From contig JANWJF010000001.1 of the NCBI GenBank assembly GCA_025449535.1, positions 303,344-367,343 of the forward strand: DNA of 64,000 nt. The letters are read 5' to 3'. Of this stretch, positions 17,548 to 26,291 are shown piece after piece. The position numbers and the translations under genes were made by a program. The stretch's first letter is position 1. Each line of letters begins with the position of its first letter. The notes beneath the pieces were generated by a model. It searched no databases. It was given only the letters and a program-made list of their open reading frames with translations, and had not been told where the DNA came from. Origin of the DNA: Candidatus Saccharimonadia bacterium (GTDB lineage: Bacteria > Patescibacteriota > SICC01).

Positions 17548-18733
17548 ACGACTCCGGCGTCGCGGTCGGGCTCGGGGACGGGGTCGGCGACGGGGTCGCG
17601 TTCTCGCCAGGGATCGGTGCGAACGGATCGCGGCGGCTGGTGGTGGCGGGCTTCAGCGGCGCACCGTACCGGTCGCGTGAAAGGATGCTCCGCCGTTCGT
17701 CGGCACTGAGGTCGATCGCCGGCGGGTTGTAGCCGGCGCCTTCCACGTCCGCCTGGGCCTTCTGGTTGAAGTACCAGAGCGTCCCGTAGGTCGACGTGAC
17801 GACGAGGACGGTCACGCCGGTCACCATCAGCGAGACCACGTGGCGCGAGGCGAACATCCGCGGAGTCAGCCGATTGTACTGCTTGAAGAAGTACAGCACC
17901 GCCCCCGGGATGAACAGGAACGTGACGACCAGCCGCCACTGGGTCTGTTCGACGGCCGTCGGATAGTCGCGGCGATAGCTGTCACGTAGCATCCGGACCC
18001 AGAAGGCCGTCGCGGCGAACGCCAGCACGGCCAGTGCGGCCACGACCGTCAGCTTCAGCGGAGAGAACGAGAGCACCATATCCCAGGCCTGCGCCGGCAG
18101 GCCGGCCAACGACCCGAGGTCCATGCCGCCCGCCTGTCGCAGGCCGAAGTGTTCTCCGGATACCACGGTGGCGCCGGCGACCAGCAGAACGCCTGCTCCC
18201 AGCAACGCCAGAAGTTCCCGATGCGCCTTATGGTCCGGGGTCATCGTGATCGAATCAAGCGCCTGCCGCTTCGCCCGCCTGGCGACGCGTTTGCGAACCG
18301 GCGTGGCAGCCCAGAGCGCGATCCGGCCGAGGAAGGACCAGGCGCCGAGCGCCCAGTAGGCAACGAGGGCCTCGACGGCCCGTCCGGACCGACCAGGTGT
18401 GCAGAAGACCGTGCCAGCCACCGAAGCGACCTCGGAGGCGATCTGCTTCAGTAGACCTTCTCCTGCCCGCGCGGTGCGCCGGGCAGGCTCGGCGACGGCG
18501 CGTTCCGCCGCGACCGCCTTGCGCGCGACGTCTCGCTCCACGGATGCGACCGCCCGGGTCGCCTTCCGTTCGTCCCGCCGGATCTGTCGAACTACGCGCG
18601 CGAACGCGCGCTCGGCGGCTTCGACGAACCCGACGACGCCGGCGTCCGCCTTGGCGACCAGCGCCTCCACGGAACGGTCGAACCGACGGAGTGTCCGTTT
18701 GGATGCCCTGCCGATCTGTGCGAACGGTCTCAT
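17546..18733 (-). CDS. Polytopic membrane protein (395 aa) immediately downstream of pilO. It has N-terminal amphipathic Arg/Ala repeats and a C-terminal Pro/Thr/Ser tail.
   Basis: Start is 2 nt after the pilO stop, so it is probably co-transcribed. Several predicted TM helices. No recognisable domain. Confidence 0.5.
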   Translation of the reverse strand: MRPFAQIGRASKRTLRRFDRSVEALVAKADAGVVGFVEAAERAFARVVRQIRRDERKATRAVASVERDVARKAVAAERAVAEPARRTARAGEGLLKQIASEVASVAGTVFCTPGRSGRAVEALVAYWALGAWSFLGRIALWAATPVRKRVARRAKRQALDSITMTPDHKAHRELLALLGAGVLLVAGATVVSGEHFGLRQAGGMDLGSLAGLPAQAWDMVLSFSPLKLTVVAALAVLAFAATAFWVRMLRDSYRRDYPTAVEQTQWRLVVTFLFIPGAVLYFFKQYNRLTPRMFASRHVVSLMVTGVTVLVVTSTYGTLWYFNQKAQADVEGAGYNPPAIDLSADERRSILSRDRYGAPLKPATTSRRDPFAPIPGENATPSPTPSPSPTATPES

Positions 18734-18734
18734 G

Positions 18735-19325
18735 TCATTTCCCCAAATACAGCGACTGCGCGGTGATGGTCGCCTTCACTTCTCCTGACGAATCCTCCTG
18801 GACGAACTCCAGCGCCGTGACCCGGGTGAAACGATTCATGGTCTCGAGCCGGTTCACGAAGTCCAGGACGTTAGCGTAACTGCCGACGATGTCGATGCTG
18901 ACCGGAAAGGCCGGGAATCCGCCGACGTTCAGCTTGGTCTGCGCTTGGCCGGGGTTCCCGCCTTCCTGCTCGCCGCTGGTATCCACGGTAACGAGGTCCA
19001 CCCTGGTGAGCTGGGCCAGCGCCTCGAGCTCGGTTTGGTACCCGGCGATGTCCTCATGCTTCGGGACGCTCTGAAGTACCGGCGCGTAGACGGCCTCCGT
19101 CGCCGGGAGCGTCTTCTTCACCTCACGCAGGGTGTCGGTCTTCTGCCGGGCGGCGGCGATGTCCGCCTTGGCCGCGGTAATCTGGTCGGCGTGTTCCGCA
19201 AGCAAGCCCATGACCGGCCGCAGGACGAAGAAGCCGATCAGCGCGAGCACAAGGACATTCCCCGCGATCAGGTAGTAGAACCGCTGTTCGGGCTTGATCC
19301 GGAAACCGCTCAGCGCGACCTTCAT
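18735..19325 (-). CDS. pilO: Type IV pilus assembly protein PilO.
   Basis: N-terminal TM, coiled coil and C-terminal ferredoxin-like region with the PilO-typical pattern. ATGA overlap with pilN. Confidence 0.7.
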   Translation of the reverse strand: MKVALSGFRIKPEQRFYYLIAGNVLVLALIGFFVLRPVMGLLAEHADQITAAKADIAAARQKTDTLREVKKTLPATEAVYAPVLQSVPKHEDIAGYQTELEALAQLTRVDLVTVDTSGEQEGGNPGQAQTKLNVGGFPAFPVSIDIVGSYANVLDFVNRLETMNRFTRVTALEFVQEDSSGEVKATITAQSLYLGK

Positions 19326-19915
19326 GACTGCGACCCTTCCAGTTCCTTGGTGTTCACCTTGATCCCGACCGTATACCGGATGACTTTGCCTTCACGGGTC
19401 GTGTTCAGGATCTGTGCCTCCTTGATGAACGGCGACTGGGCCAGTGCCAATTGGAACTGGCCGAGCGCCCGGCGGCTCTCGGTCACGCCGGTAATCTCAC
19501 TGGGATCGCCGTTCCCAGGCTGCGCGGCCTGCGCACCCGTCTGTTGTCCTTGGAACTTGACCGTCTTGATCGAGACGCCGTCGGGCGTCAGGCTCCGGAG
19601 AGCGGAGACGAGCGCCGCCCAACGGGTCGTCTCGCCTTCGGCTTTCTTGAGCTCTCCCAGCTGGAGCGCGAGCTGGTCGGCGTCCTTCTCCACGTCGAGA
19701 TATTCCGCCGCCTGGGCCTCCGCGAGCTGCTGCTCCGCCTGAAGGCTGGTCAGGTTGGCCTTGTAGACCTGGTCGAAGATCAGGAGCAGTCCGGCCATCA
19801 CCAACGCCCCGGTCACGGTCGCGATACCCGCGACGAGCGTGTAATAGTTGAGCAGGTCCGTCTTCCGGCGGCGTTGCTCCTTGTGCGGAAGCAGGTTTAG
19901 CGTGTGTGAATACAT
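19322..19915 (-). CDS. pilN: Type IV pilus assembly protein PilN.
   Basis: NLLP motif right after the start (MYSHTLNLLPHKEQRRRK), one TM helix, coiled coil. Start trimmed to Met21 of the ORF-track model (TTG at 19975). Confidence 0.7.
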   Translation of the reverse strand: MYSHTLNLLPHKEQRRRKTDLLNYYTLVAGIATVTGALVMAGLLLIFDQVYKANLTSLQAEQQLAEAQAAEYLDVEKDADQLALQLGELKKAEGETTRWAALVSALRSLTPDGVSIKTVKFQGQQTGAQAAQPGNGDPSEITGVTESRRALGQFQLALAQSPFIKEAQILNTTREGKVIRYTVGIKVNTKELEGSQS

Positions 19916-20012
19916 GCGTGTGTGTTTACGGGTGGTTGCTGCAAAATTAGACAACCATAACATTATCGGGCCCAAATGTCAATGCTCTCGCGTGCGGTAC
20001 AATGGGTCCAAT

Positions 20013-20756
20013 ATGTCCGGACACAGTAAATGGAGCACCATTAAGCGAAAAAAAGGTGCAGCCGACGCGAAGCGCGGCGCGGCCTTCACTCGCTTGGCAA
20101 ACCTGCTTTCCGTCGCGGCGCGCGAAGGCGGCGGCGACCCGGAGATGAACGTCCAGCTCCGCATGGCGATCGACCAGGCCCGGGCCGAGAACATGCCGAA
20201 CGCCAACATCGACCGCGCGATCAAGCGCGGCACCGGCGAACTGCCCGGCCAGCGACCCCCGGAGTCCGTCACCTACGAGGCCTACGGCCCCGGCGGAGTG
20301 GCGTTGCTCGTGGATTGCCTGACGGACAACAAGAACCGGACCGTCTCCGACGTCCGGTCCGCGGTCACCAAACGGGGCGGTTCGCTCGGGGAGACCGGCT
20401 CGGTCGCGTACCTCTTCGACGAGAAAGGGATTCTCAAGGTGGGCAAGACCGCCGACGAGGACGAACTGATCCTGGCGGCCGCGGATGCCGGCGCGACCGA
20501 CGTGGCGGTCGCCGAAGACGCGTACGAAGTGGAGACGAGCCGGCAGGACCTGGCGAAGGTCCGTGACGCCTTGGCTGCTGGCGGATTCACGGTGCAGGGC
20601 GCGGAGTTGGCGAAGGTGCCGAAGACCGAGGTCCCGGTGACGGACGCCAAGACGGCCGAGGCCGTGGTATCGCTGGTCACCGACCTCGAATCGCTCGACG
20701 ACGTGTCCGACGTCTCGACCAACGCGGACATCGAGCCGGAGCTGGTCGGTGGCTGA
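20013..20756 (+). CDS. yebC: YebC/PmpR family DNA-binding transcriptional regulator.
   Basis: MSGHSKWSTIKRKKGAADAKRG...AIKRGTG is highly conserved in this family. Start trimmed to the ATG at 20013. Confidence 0.85.
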   Translation: MSGHSKWSTIKRKKGAADAKRGAAFTRLANLLSVAAREGGGDPEMNVQLRMAIDQARAENMPNANIDRAIKRGTGELPGQRPPESVTYEAYGPGGVALLVDCLTDNKNRTVSDVRSAVTKRGGSLGETGSVAYLFDEKGILKVGKTADEDELILAAADAGATDVAVAEDAYEVETSRQDLAKVRDALAAGGFTVQGAELAKVPKTEVPVTDAKTAEAVVSLVTDLESLDDVSDVSTNADIEPELVGG

Positions 20757-21243
20757 GTTGCGGGTCGCTGGGTTCGACCCGGGGAACGCCCGGACCGGTT
20801 ATGCCATCCTCGACGTCGACGGCAAGGACCTCCGGCTGGTGGAGGCGGGACTCATCTCCACGGAGAGCGGCGAGACCCCGGAGCGACGCCTCGCCCATAT
20901 CGCCCGCGACGTCGAGGCGGTGCTGAAGAAGCACCGGCCGCACGGGGTCGCGGTGGAGGAGTTGTTCTTCTCGAAGAACGTGACGACCGCGATCCGGGTA
21001 GCGGAAGCGCGCGGCGTCATCCTGGCGGCGGTGGCGGCAGCCGGCCTGTCCGCCGCGGAGTACGGCCCGGGGACCGTCAAGCAGCAGCTGACCGGGTTCG
21101 GCCGGGCTTCCAAGGACCAGGTCTCGACGATGGCCTGCCGTCTGGTGGGACTGCAGGAAGCGCCCAAGCCGGACGACGTCACTGACGCCATCGCCGTGGC
21201 GATCTGCCACGCGTTCCGGTTCAAGCTGGCAGCGACGGGTTAG
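20749..21243 (+). CDS. ruvC: Crossover junction endodeoxyribonuclease RuvC.
   Basis: RVAGFDPG...TGYAI with catalytic acidic residues. GTG start overlaps the yebC stop. Confidence 0.85.
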   Translation: MAELRVAGFDPGNARTGYAILDVDGKDLRLVEAGLISTESGETPERRLAHIARDVEAVLKKHRPHGVAVEELFFSKNVTTAIRVAEARGVILAAVAAAGLSAAEYGPGTVKQQLTGFGRASKDQVSTMACRLVGLQEAPKPDDVTDAIAVAICHAFRFKLAATG

Positions 21244-21638
21244 TCCGTCTCCCGGAGCCACTCGATCGCCCTGGACTCGTCCTCGAAGACCTCGATCCGG
21301 TCCTGCCGGTTCGCCATCTTCACCATGAAGTGGAGGACCACCCGCAGCGTCGGGTTCATATGGACGATCGCCATCCGCTTGAAGTCGCGAGTAGCCATCA
21401 GGCGTCGCCAGGCCTGCACCTCCGGCTCTCCGAAGGCGCCGAGCTCTCCGACGTCGACGAGGATCATCACCGGCTCTCCCTGTTCCCGGAGCTGCTCGGC
21501 GAACTCGTCGGACTGCTCGCTGAGCTTCACGATGCCCTCCGCGGTCTGCTTGCCACGATAGTACATCCGCATGATGCCGTCGCGCCCCATCGTGACCTCG
21601 TTCTTGCCAGGTTGTTTCGTTCCGTCGGTCATGGTCAT
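21240..21638 (-). CDS. STAS-domain (SpoIIAA-like anti-sigma-factor antagonist fold) protein.
   Basis: PVMILVDVGELGAFGEPEVQAWRRL...RMAIVHMNPTLRVVLHFMVKMANRQDRIEVFEDESRAIEWL follows the STAS pattern. Confidence 0.5.
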   Translation of the reverse strand: MTMTDGTKQPGKNEVTMGRDGIMRMYYRGKQTAEGIVKLSEQSDEFAEQLREQGEPVMILVDVGELGAFGEPEVQAWRRLMATRDFKRMAIVHMNPTLRVVLHFMVKMANRQDRIEVFEDESRAIEWLRETD

Positions 21639-22642
21639 GAATCCTGTCTCAGTGCGTGCGCCGCGTCCTCGGGAAATACCGTCACTACGATGATCCCGGT
21701 GGAGATTTCCAGCCCGCCGGGAATCGCCAGGTGCGGCAGGATGTCGATATGCCAGCGGAAGCCCCGCAGTTCCTTCTCGGTGACGTCCACCGGCGCCGTC
21801 CGGATATACGCGTTGTACGGCGGGACGCCCGCGATCCGGTTCAGTCGGCGGGACACCAGGTTGAGGATCCGCGCCAGGTGCTCGAGCTGCTCCTGCGTGA
21901 TCTCGTGGAAGTGCGATCCCGCTTGCTTCGGCATGATCCGGATATGGTAATCGGCGTAGGGCGCGAACGGGCAGTACACCAGGAACTTCGAGTTCTCGTA
22001 GATGACCCGGGACGCGTCGTGGATCTCCCGCTGGACCTCGTCCTCACCCAGTTTGCCGCGGCTCCGGTCGTAATGTTCGGCCGCGGCCTTGACCAGCCCC
22101 TCGATGTACGGCGGGACGACCGGCAATGCCACGATCTGGGTGTGCGGGTGCACGACCGAGGCGCCGGCGTCCTTGCCACGGTTGGTGAAGATTTGCACGT
22201 GCTTGATGTGCGACATGTGCGAGATGTGGTTGTACCGCTTCAGGTAGAGCTCCAGGACCGCCTGGGTCTGTTCGGGCGTGAACGAATCGAAGTCCTGGTC
22301 GGGGTCCGGCGAGTGGATGACGATCTCGTGCACACCGAAACCGTCGCGGACGTGTCCCGTATCCCGCGGCTTCCCGCCGCCGCCTTTGCCCACGAACGGG
22401 TACAGGTTCTTGATCGCCATCGCTTTCCAAGTGCTCGGCGTCCCGTACGTGGTACCGTCGTTGTTCGGGATTACGTCGACGATATCCTCCTTTCGGATGT
22501 TCTCAGGCGAGAAGGGATCGCGCCGGACCTTGGGCGACGCATGGTCGACATAGTCCTGCGGCCGCTCGGCTCGTCCCGAGGCGATCAGGACCCAACGCTT
22601 GTCCATGTGGCCGCGACGCAGTTCTGAGGGAAAGTTTTCCAT
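21635..22642 (-). CDS. galT: Galactose-1-phosphate uridylyltransferase (HIT superfamily).
   Basis: N-terminal ELRRGHMDKRWVLIASGRAERP and the HPHxQ active site (VHPHTQIVALP). Start trimmed to the ATG at 22642. Confidence 0.8.
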   Translation of the reverse strand: MENFPSELRRGHMDKRWVLIASGRAERPQDYVDHASPKVRRDPFSPENIRKEDIVDVIPNNDGTTYGTPSTWKAMAIKNLYPFVGKGGGGKPRDTGHVRDGFGVHEIVIHSPDPDQDFDSFTPEQTQAVLELYLKRYNHISHMSHIKHVQIFTNRGKDAGASVVHPHTQIVALPVVPPYIEGLVKAAAEHYDRSRGKLGEDEVQREIHDASRVIYENSKFLVYCPFAPYADYHIRIMPKQAGSHFHEITQEQLEHLARILNLVSRRLNRIAGVPPYNAYIRTAPVDVTEKELRGFRWHIDILPHLAIPGGLEISTGIIVVTVFPEDAAHALRQDS

Positions 22643-22700
22643 GGTTTGAAAATTGCTTAACCATAACACAATAGTGCTTAATAGTCAAGACTCGAGGTCG

Positions 22701-23834
22701 TTATCGTGCGAGCGTCCGGTAGGCCTGAAGATACTCCCGGCCCATCTTTTCCCATGAGAACCGCTTCGTCCGGCGCTTCCCGAGCCGTTCCAGTTCCCGC
22801 CGCCGCGTCTCATCTGTGGCCAGCCGACGCATGGCGGCTGCGATCGAGTCCGGGTCGCCTGGATCCGTAAACTCAGCGGCATCGCCGGCCACTTCACGGA
22901 ACGGGAGGATATCGGAACACACTACCGCCCTGCCGAGACTCATCGCTTCCAGTAAAGGAAGTCCGAAACCCTCGTATCGGGATGGATAGACGAAAAAATC
23001 AGCTTCGTTCAAAAGGACCGTCTTGTCCACGTCATCCACGTAACCGGTACACACCAACCGATCGGACTTTCCCGCTGCGGCGAAGGCCGATTCGACCACC
23101 TTGCGCGTCTTGAGCGTTTCCGGACGGTCGAATTTGGATATGAGCACCAGTTGGTGCGGAATGGAATCCGCTATCTTGAGAAACGATTCCGCGAGCATCG
23201 GAAGGTTCTTGCGTCTCGTCCCACTGCCTACGTACAACACGAACGGTTCCGTGATGGCGTACCGTTTTTGCAGCTTCAGGAACTGGTCATGTGACTTGGG
23301 CGGCGTCAGCGAATCGAATCCGTTATGGATGACGGATACTTTACTCGCCGGGAAATCCGGACATAGCGCCGACAACTCACGCTTGGTGAATTCGGTGATA
23401 CAGACAACACTGTCGGCATTGTCGAGCGACCGGCCGAATGATTCCTTGAACGTCGCCACCTGCTGGCCGCTCAATTCGTCTTCTCCGCGCAGCGGGATCA
23501 GGTCGTGGACCGTCAGTACCGTAGGTATGGAAAGCGCGGGCGGCAGGCCGAATCCGAACGGGTTATGGAAGGCGTCGGGCCGGTCCCGCTCGATCACCGC
23601 CGCGAACCGGTCCTTCTCATATGTCGCGTTCTTGCCGGAAAGGAAGGCGGTATCGAACGGGACGAACCGCAGGTCTTTCCGGGCGATCCCGGGAAGATTG
23701 GCTGCGTACGCCTCCTGGCAGTAGACGACGAGCTCCAGGTCCTGCTTGCTCAATTCCGCGAGAAGGTTCCGGACATAGTCGTTCAACCCGCTGGTGCGAT
23801 CCGTAACGTTACGTGCGTCGACCCCTACTTTCAT
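22701..23834 (-). CDS. Glycosyltransferase family 4 (GT-B, RfaB-like).
   Basis: EGFGLPLLEAMSLGRAVVCSD motif and GT4 architecture. 4-nt overlap with the upstream GT4 gene. Confidence 0.85.
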   Translation of the reverse strand: MKVGVDARNVTDRTSGLNDYVRNLLAELSKQDLELVVYCQEAYAANLPGIARKDLRFVPFDTAFLSGKNATYEKDRFAAVIERDRPDAFHNPFGFGLPPALSIPTVLTVHDLIPLRGEDELSGQQVATFKESFGRSLDNADSVVCITEFTKRELSALCPDFPASKVSVIHNGFDSLTPPKSHDQFLKLQKRYAITEPFVLYVGSGTRRKNLPMLAESFLKIADSIPHQLVLISKFDRPETLKTRKVVESAFAAAGKSDRLVCTGYVDDVDKTVLLNEADFFVYPSRYEGFGLPLLEAMSLGRAVVCSDILPFREVAGDAAEFTDPGDPDSIAAAMRRLATDETRRRELERLGKRRTKRFSWEKMGREYLQAYRTLAR

Positions 23835-24943
23835 GCGAGCTTTCGATAGACGTTTTCATAACCGTCGATCATGCGTTCCATCGAGAACCGCTCCCGGACC
23901 TTGGCATGGGCGGACTCGCGTATCGTCCGGTACTCTTCGCCCGGCAACGAATACACCCGCTCGATCGCTTCTTGAAGCCCCTGGATCCCGGTCGCCTTGA
24001 CTTGCCAATCGCCACGGATGTCCGCGTCCGACGGGTTCACGAGGAAGCCGGTCTTCCCGTCCTCGATAATCTCGGGAGCAGCGCCGCGGGCGAACGTGAT
24101 CACCGGGGTGCCGGCGGCCATGCTCTCGATGAACGTCAGCCCGAACGGCTCTTCCCACTGGATCGGGAGCAGCGCCGCCTTGGCATCCGCGTATTGCCGC
24201 ACCCATCGCTCGCTACCAAGGTCCAGGGCTCCCGCGAATTCGATTTTTTTCGATACATGGGGGGTGATTTCCTTCTCGATGAATTCTTCCCTGCCGACGC
24301 CGGAGACCCGGAGCGAGCGCCCCGTTCCCTTCGCAGCCTGGATCGCTTCCGCGACGCCTTTCTGCTCGACCAGGCGTCCGGCGAACACGAGTTTTTCGGA
24401 ACCGTTTCCGGCCGAGTCCGGAAACCCGTCGAAGCGCATGCCATTATAGACCGTGGCGGCGTAGTTAAGATCCGGAAACAATTTCCGTTGATAATCAGAT
24501 ATGGTCACCAAGGGTTGCTTCCGGAAATAGTCCAGAATCCGCTTTTGTTCCGATCGGAACGCGTTATGCACGGTGATGACGGTGGGAGTGCGAGACAGGG
24601 AGGCCAGGGGCATGCCGAGGTATACCGGTTCGGTATGGAGGTGGATGACGTCGAACTCGTCCGCGCGCTTGTACAGTTCGGTCAGGTACATGGTCTTCTC
24701 GCCCATGCTGTCCTTGGAGTCCCATTCCTGGTGCGTCAACGAGAAGTCGAAGTCGCTTGGCGGGAGTCCCAGATCCCGTACTTCCGCCTTGGACGTGGAA
24801 CCTTCCGGGGCAAACAACGTGACCTCGTGGCTTCGCTCCGCCAAGCCGTCCGCCAGCTCACCGGTCAACGCGGCGCTGGCGGCGACCATGCTCGGGTCCG
24901 GCGGGACGGTCGTCCGGTTGCTGGCGAACAGCGCGATCCTCAT
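23831..24943 (-). CDS. Glycosyltransferase family 4.
   Basis: EPFGLTFIESMAAGTPVITF motif. 4-nt overlaps on both sides. Confidence 0.85.
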   Translation of the reverse strand: MRIALFASNRTTVPPDPSMVAASAALTGELADGLAERSHEVTLFAPEGSTSKAEVRDLGLPPSDFDFSLTHQEWDSKDSMGEKTMYLTELYKRADEFDVIHLHTEPVYLGMPLASLSRTPTVITVHNAFRSEQKRILDYFRKQPLVTISDYQRKLFPDLNYAATVYNGMRFDGFPDSAGNGSEKLVFAGRLVEQKGVAEAIQAAKGTGRSLRVSGVGREEFIEKEITPHVSKKIEFAGALDLGSERWVRQYADAKAALLPIQWEEPFGLTFIESMAAGTPVITFARGAAPEIIEDGKTGFLVNPSDADIRGDWQVKATGIQGLQEAIERVYSLPGEEYRTIRESAHAKVRERFSMERMIDGYENVYRKLA

Positions 24944-26220
24944 CGGGCCGCCAACGTCGCGTATAATTCTTTGAACTGGCCGCTGATCTTCTCCCAGGGG
25001 TAATGGTTCCGGATGGTGTAGGCGGCATTGTCGGCGACCTTGCTCCGTTTCTTCTTGTTACGCAACAGCACCTTGACGGTCTCGGCCAACGCCGCACGGT
25101 CCCCCGTGTCGACGATGAATCCGTTCAGCTCGTCGACGACGATCTCGCGGCTACCCGCCACGTCCGAAACGATCGGGGGCGTACCACAGGCCATGGCCTC
25201 GATGGTGGTCAGGCCGAACGGTTCGTACCGGCCGGCCAGTATGAACAACTGGGCCTGTCGGTATAGCGCCGCCAGCTCCTTACCGTGCGCCACGTTCCCG
25301 AGGAACGTCACCCGCCGCTCCAGCTTGTGCTTCTTGATCAGCCGTCCCAGCTGCTTCTCCGTCAATCGCTCCTCCTCGCTCTGGAACTCGTCGTGGATCG
25401 ACCCACCCATGTAGAGATGGAACGGCAACTGCTTCGGCAACCGGGCGAGCGCTTCCACGACCCGGTCCAGCCCCTTGGAGGGGACCATCCGGCTCATGGT
25501 CAGGATCGCGTTCGGCCGCAAGCCGAGCTTCTTATCCGCCGCCCTGGGCTTGGGATTGAAGACCGCGGTATCTACTCCGGGGTAGATCACGTGCAGACGC
25601 TCAAACTGCACGTCGTAATGCTGCAGCAGTTGGATCCGGTTGGTCTCGCTCAGCACCACGGTGGCGTCGGCCTGCTTCAAAATCCGCTGCTCGATCTGGT
25701 TCCGCACCTGAAACCGATACATCGACCGCAGTTCCGCCGGCGGAGTGCCTTCTGCCCGCATCTCGAGGTTCTTCACCTTGCCGGACGAGTGGGGGGTGTG
25801 GACGTGCGGTATCCGCTCGGAACGCGACAACAGCATACCGGCATACCCCCCGTCCCAGTAATGGGAATGCACTACGTCGTACCGGATCCGCTTCCGTTTC
25901 ATCCAGACCCGGACGCCTTTCACCAGCGCGGGCACGGTCTCGAAGATCTTCTCCTTGGGGATAAAATCCGTCCCATGGGCTTCTATCCGAACGATCCGGA
26001 CATCCTTACCAATAGGTTCCAACGCCGGAAGGTCGCCGAGCTGTCGGGTGAAGATGTCCACCTTGATTCCCTGCTTAGCCAGGGCTTTGGCCAACTGGAA
26101 CACGTAGATGGTCTGCCCGCCGGTGTCGGTCTTGCCGAGCGGTGGCGGATACTCCACGTGCCCGTGGGGATGGAGCATCATGGCCCGTTTCGGATGTCTC
26201 GTTTTTCTTTTGGCAGCCAT
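24940..26220 (-). CDS. GT4 glycosyltransferase of the sucrose-phosphate-synthase-like subfamily.
   Basis: N-terminal LHPHGHVEYPPPLGKTDTGGQTIYVFQLAKALAKQG is the hallmark of SPS/mannosylfructose-P-synthase-like GT4 enzymes. An alternative start lies at the ATG at 26181. Confidence 0.8.
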   Translation of the reverse strand: MAAKRKTRHPKRAMMLHPHGHVEYPPPLGKTDTGGQTIYVFQLAKALAKQGIKVDIFTRQLGDLPALEPIGKDVRIVRIEAHGTDFIPKEKIFETVPALVKGVRVWMKRKRIRYDVVHSHYWDGGYAGMLLSRSERIPHVHTPHSSGKVKNLEMRAEGTPPAELRSMYRFQVRNQIEQRILKQADATVVLSETNRIQLLQHYDVQFERLHVIYPGVDTAVFNPKPRAADKKLGLRPNAILTMSRMVPSKGLDRVVEALARLPKQLPFHLYMGGSIHDEFQSEEERLTEKQLGRLIKKHKLERRVTFLGNVAHGKELAALYRQAQLFILAGRYEPFGLTTIEAMACGTPPIVSDVAGSREIVVDELNGFIVDTGDRAALAETVKVLLRNKKKRSKVADNAAYTIRNHYPWEKISGQFKELYATLAAR

Positions 26221-26291
26221 CTTTTAGGCCCTTATTCTACCTCGCGGGCCGGAAACCGGCACGGCGGATACACTACACTAGTATCATAATC

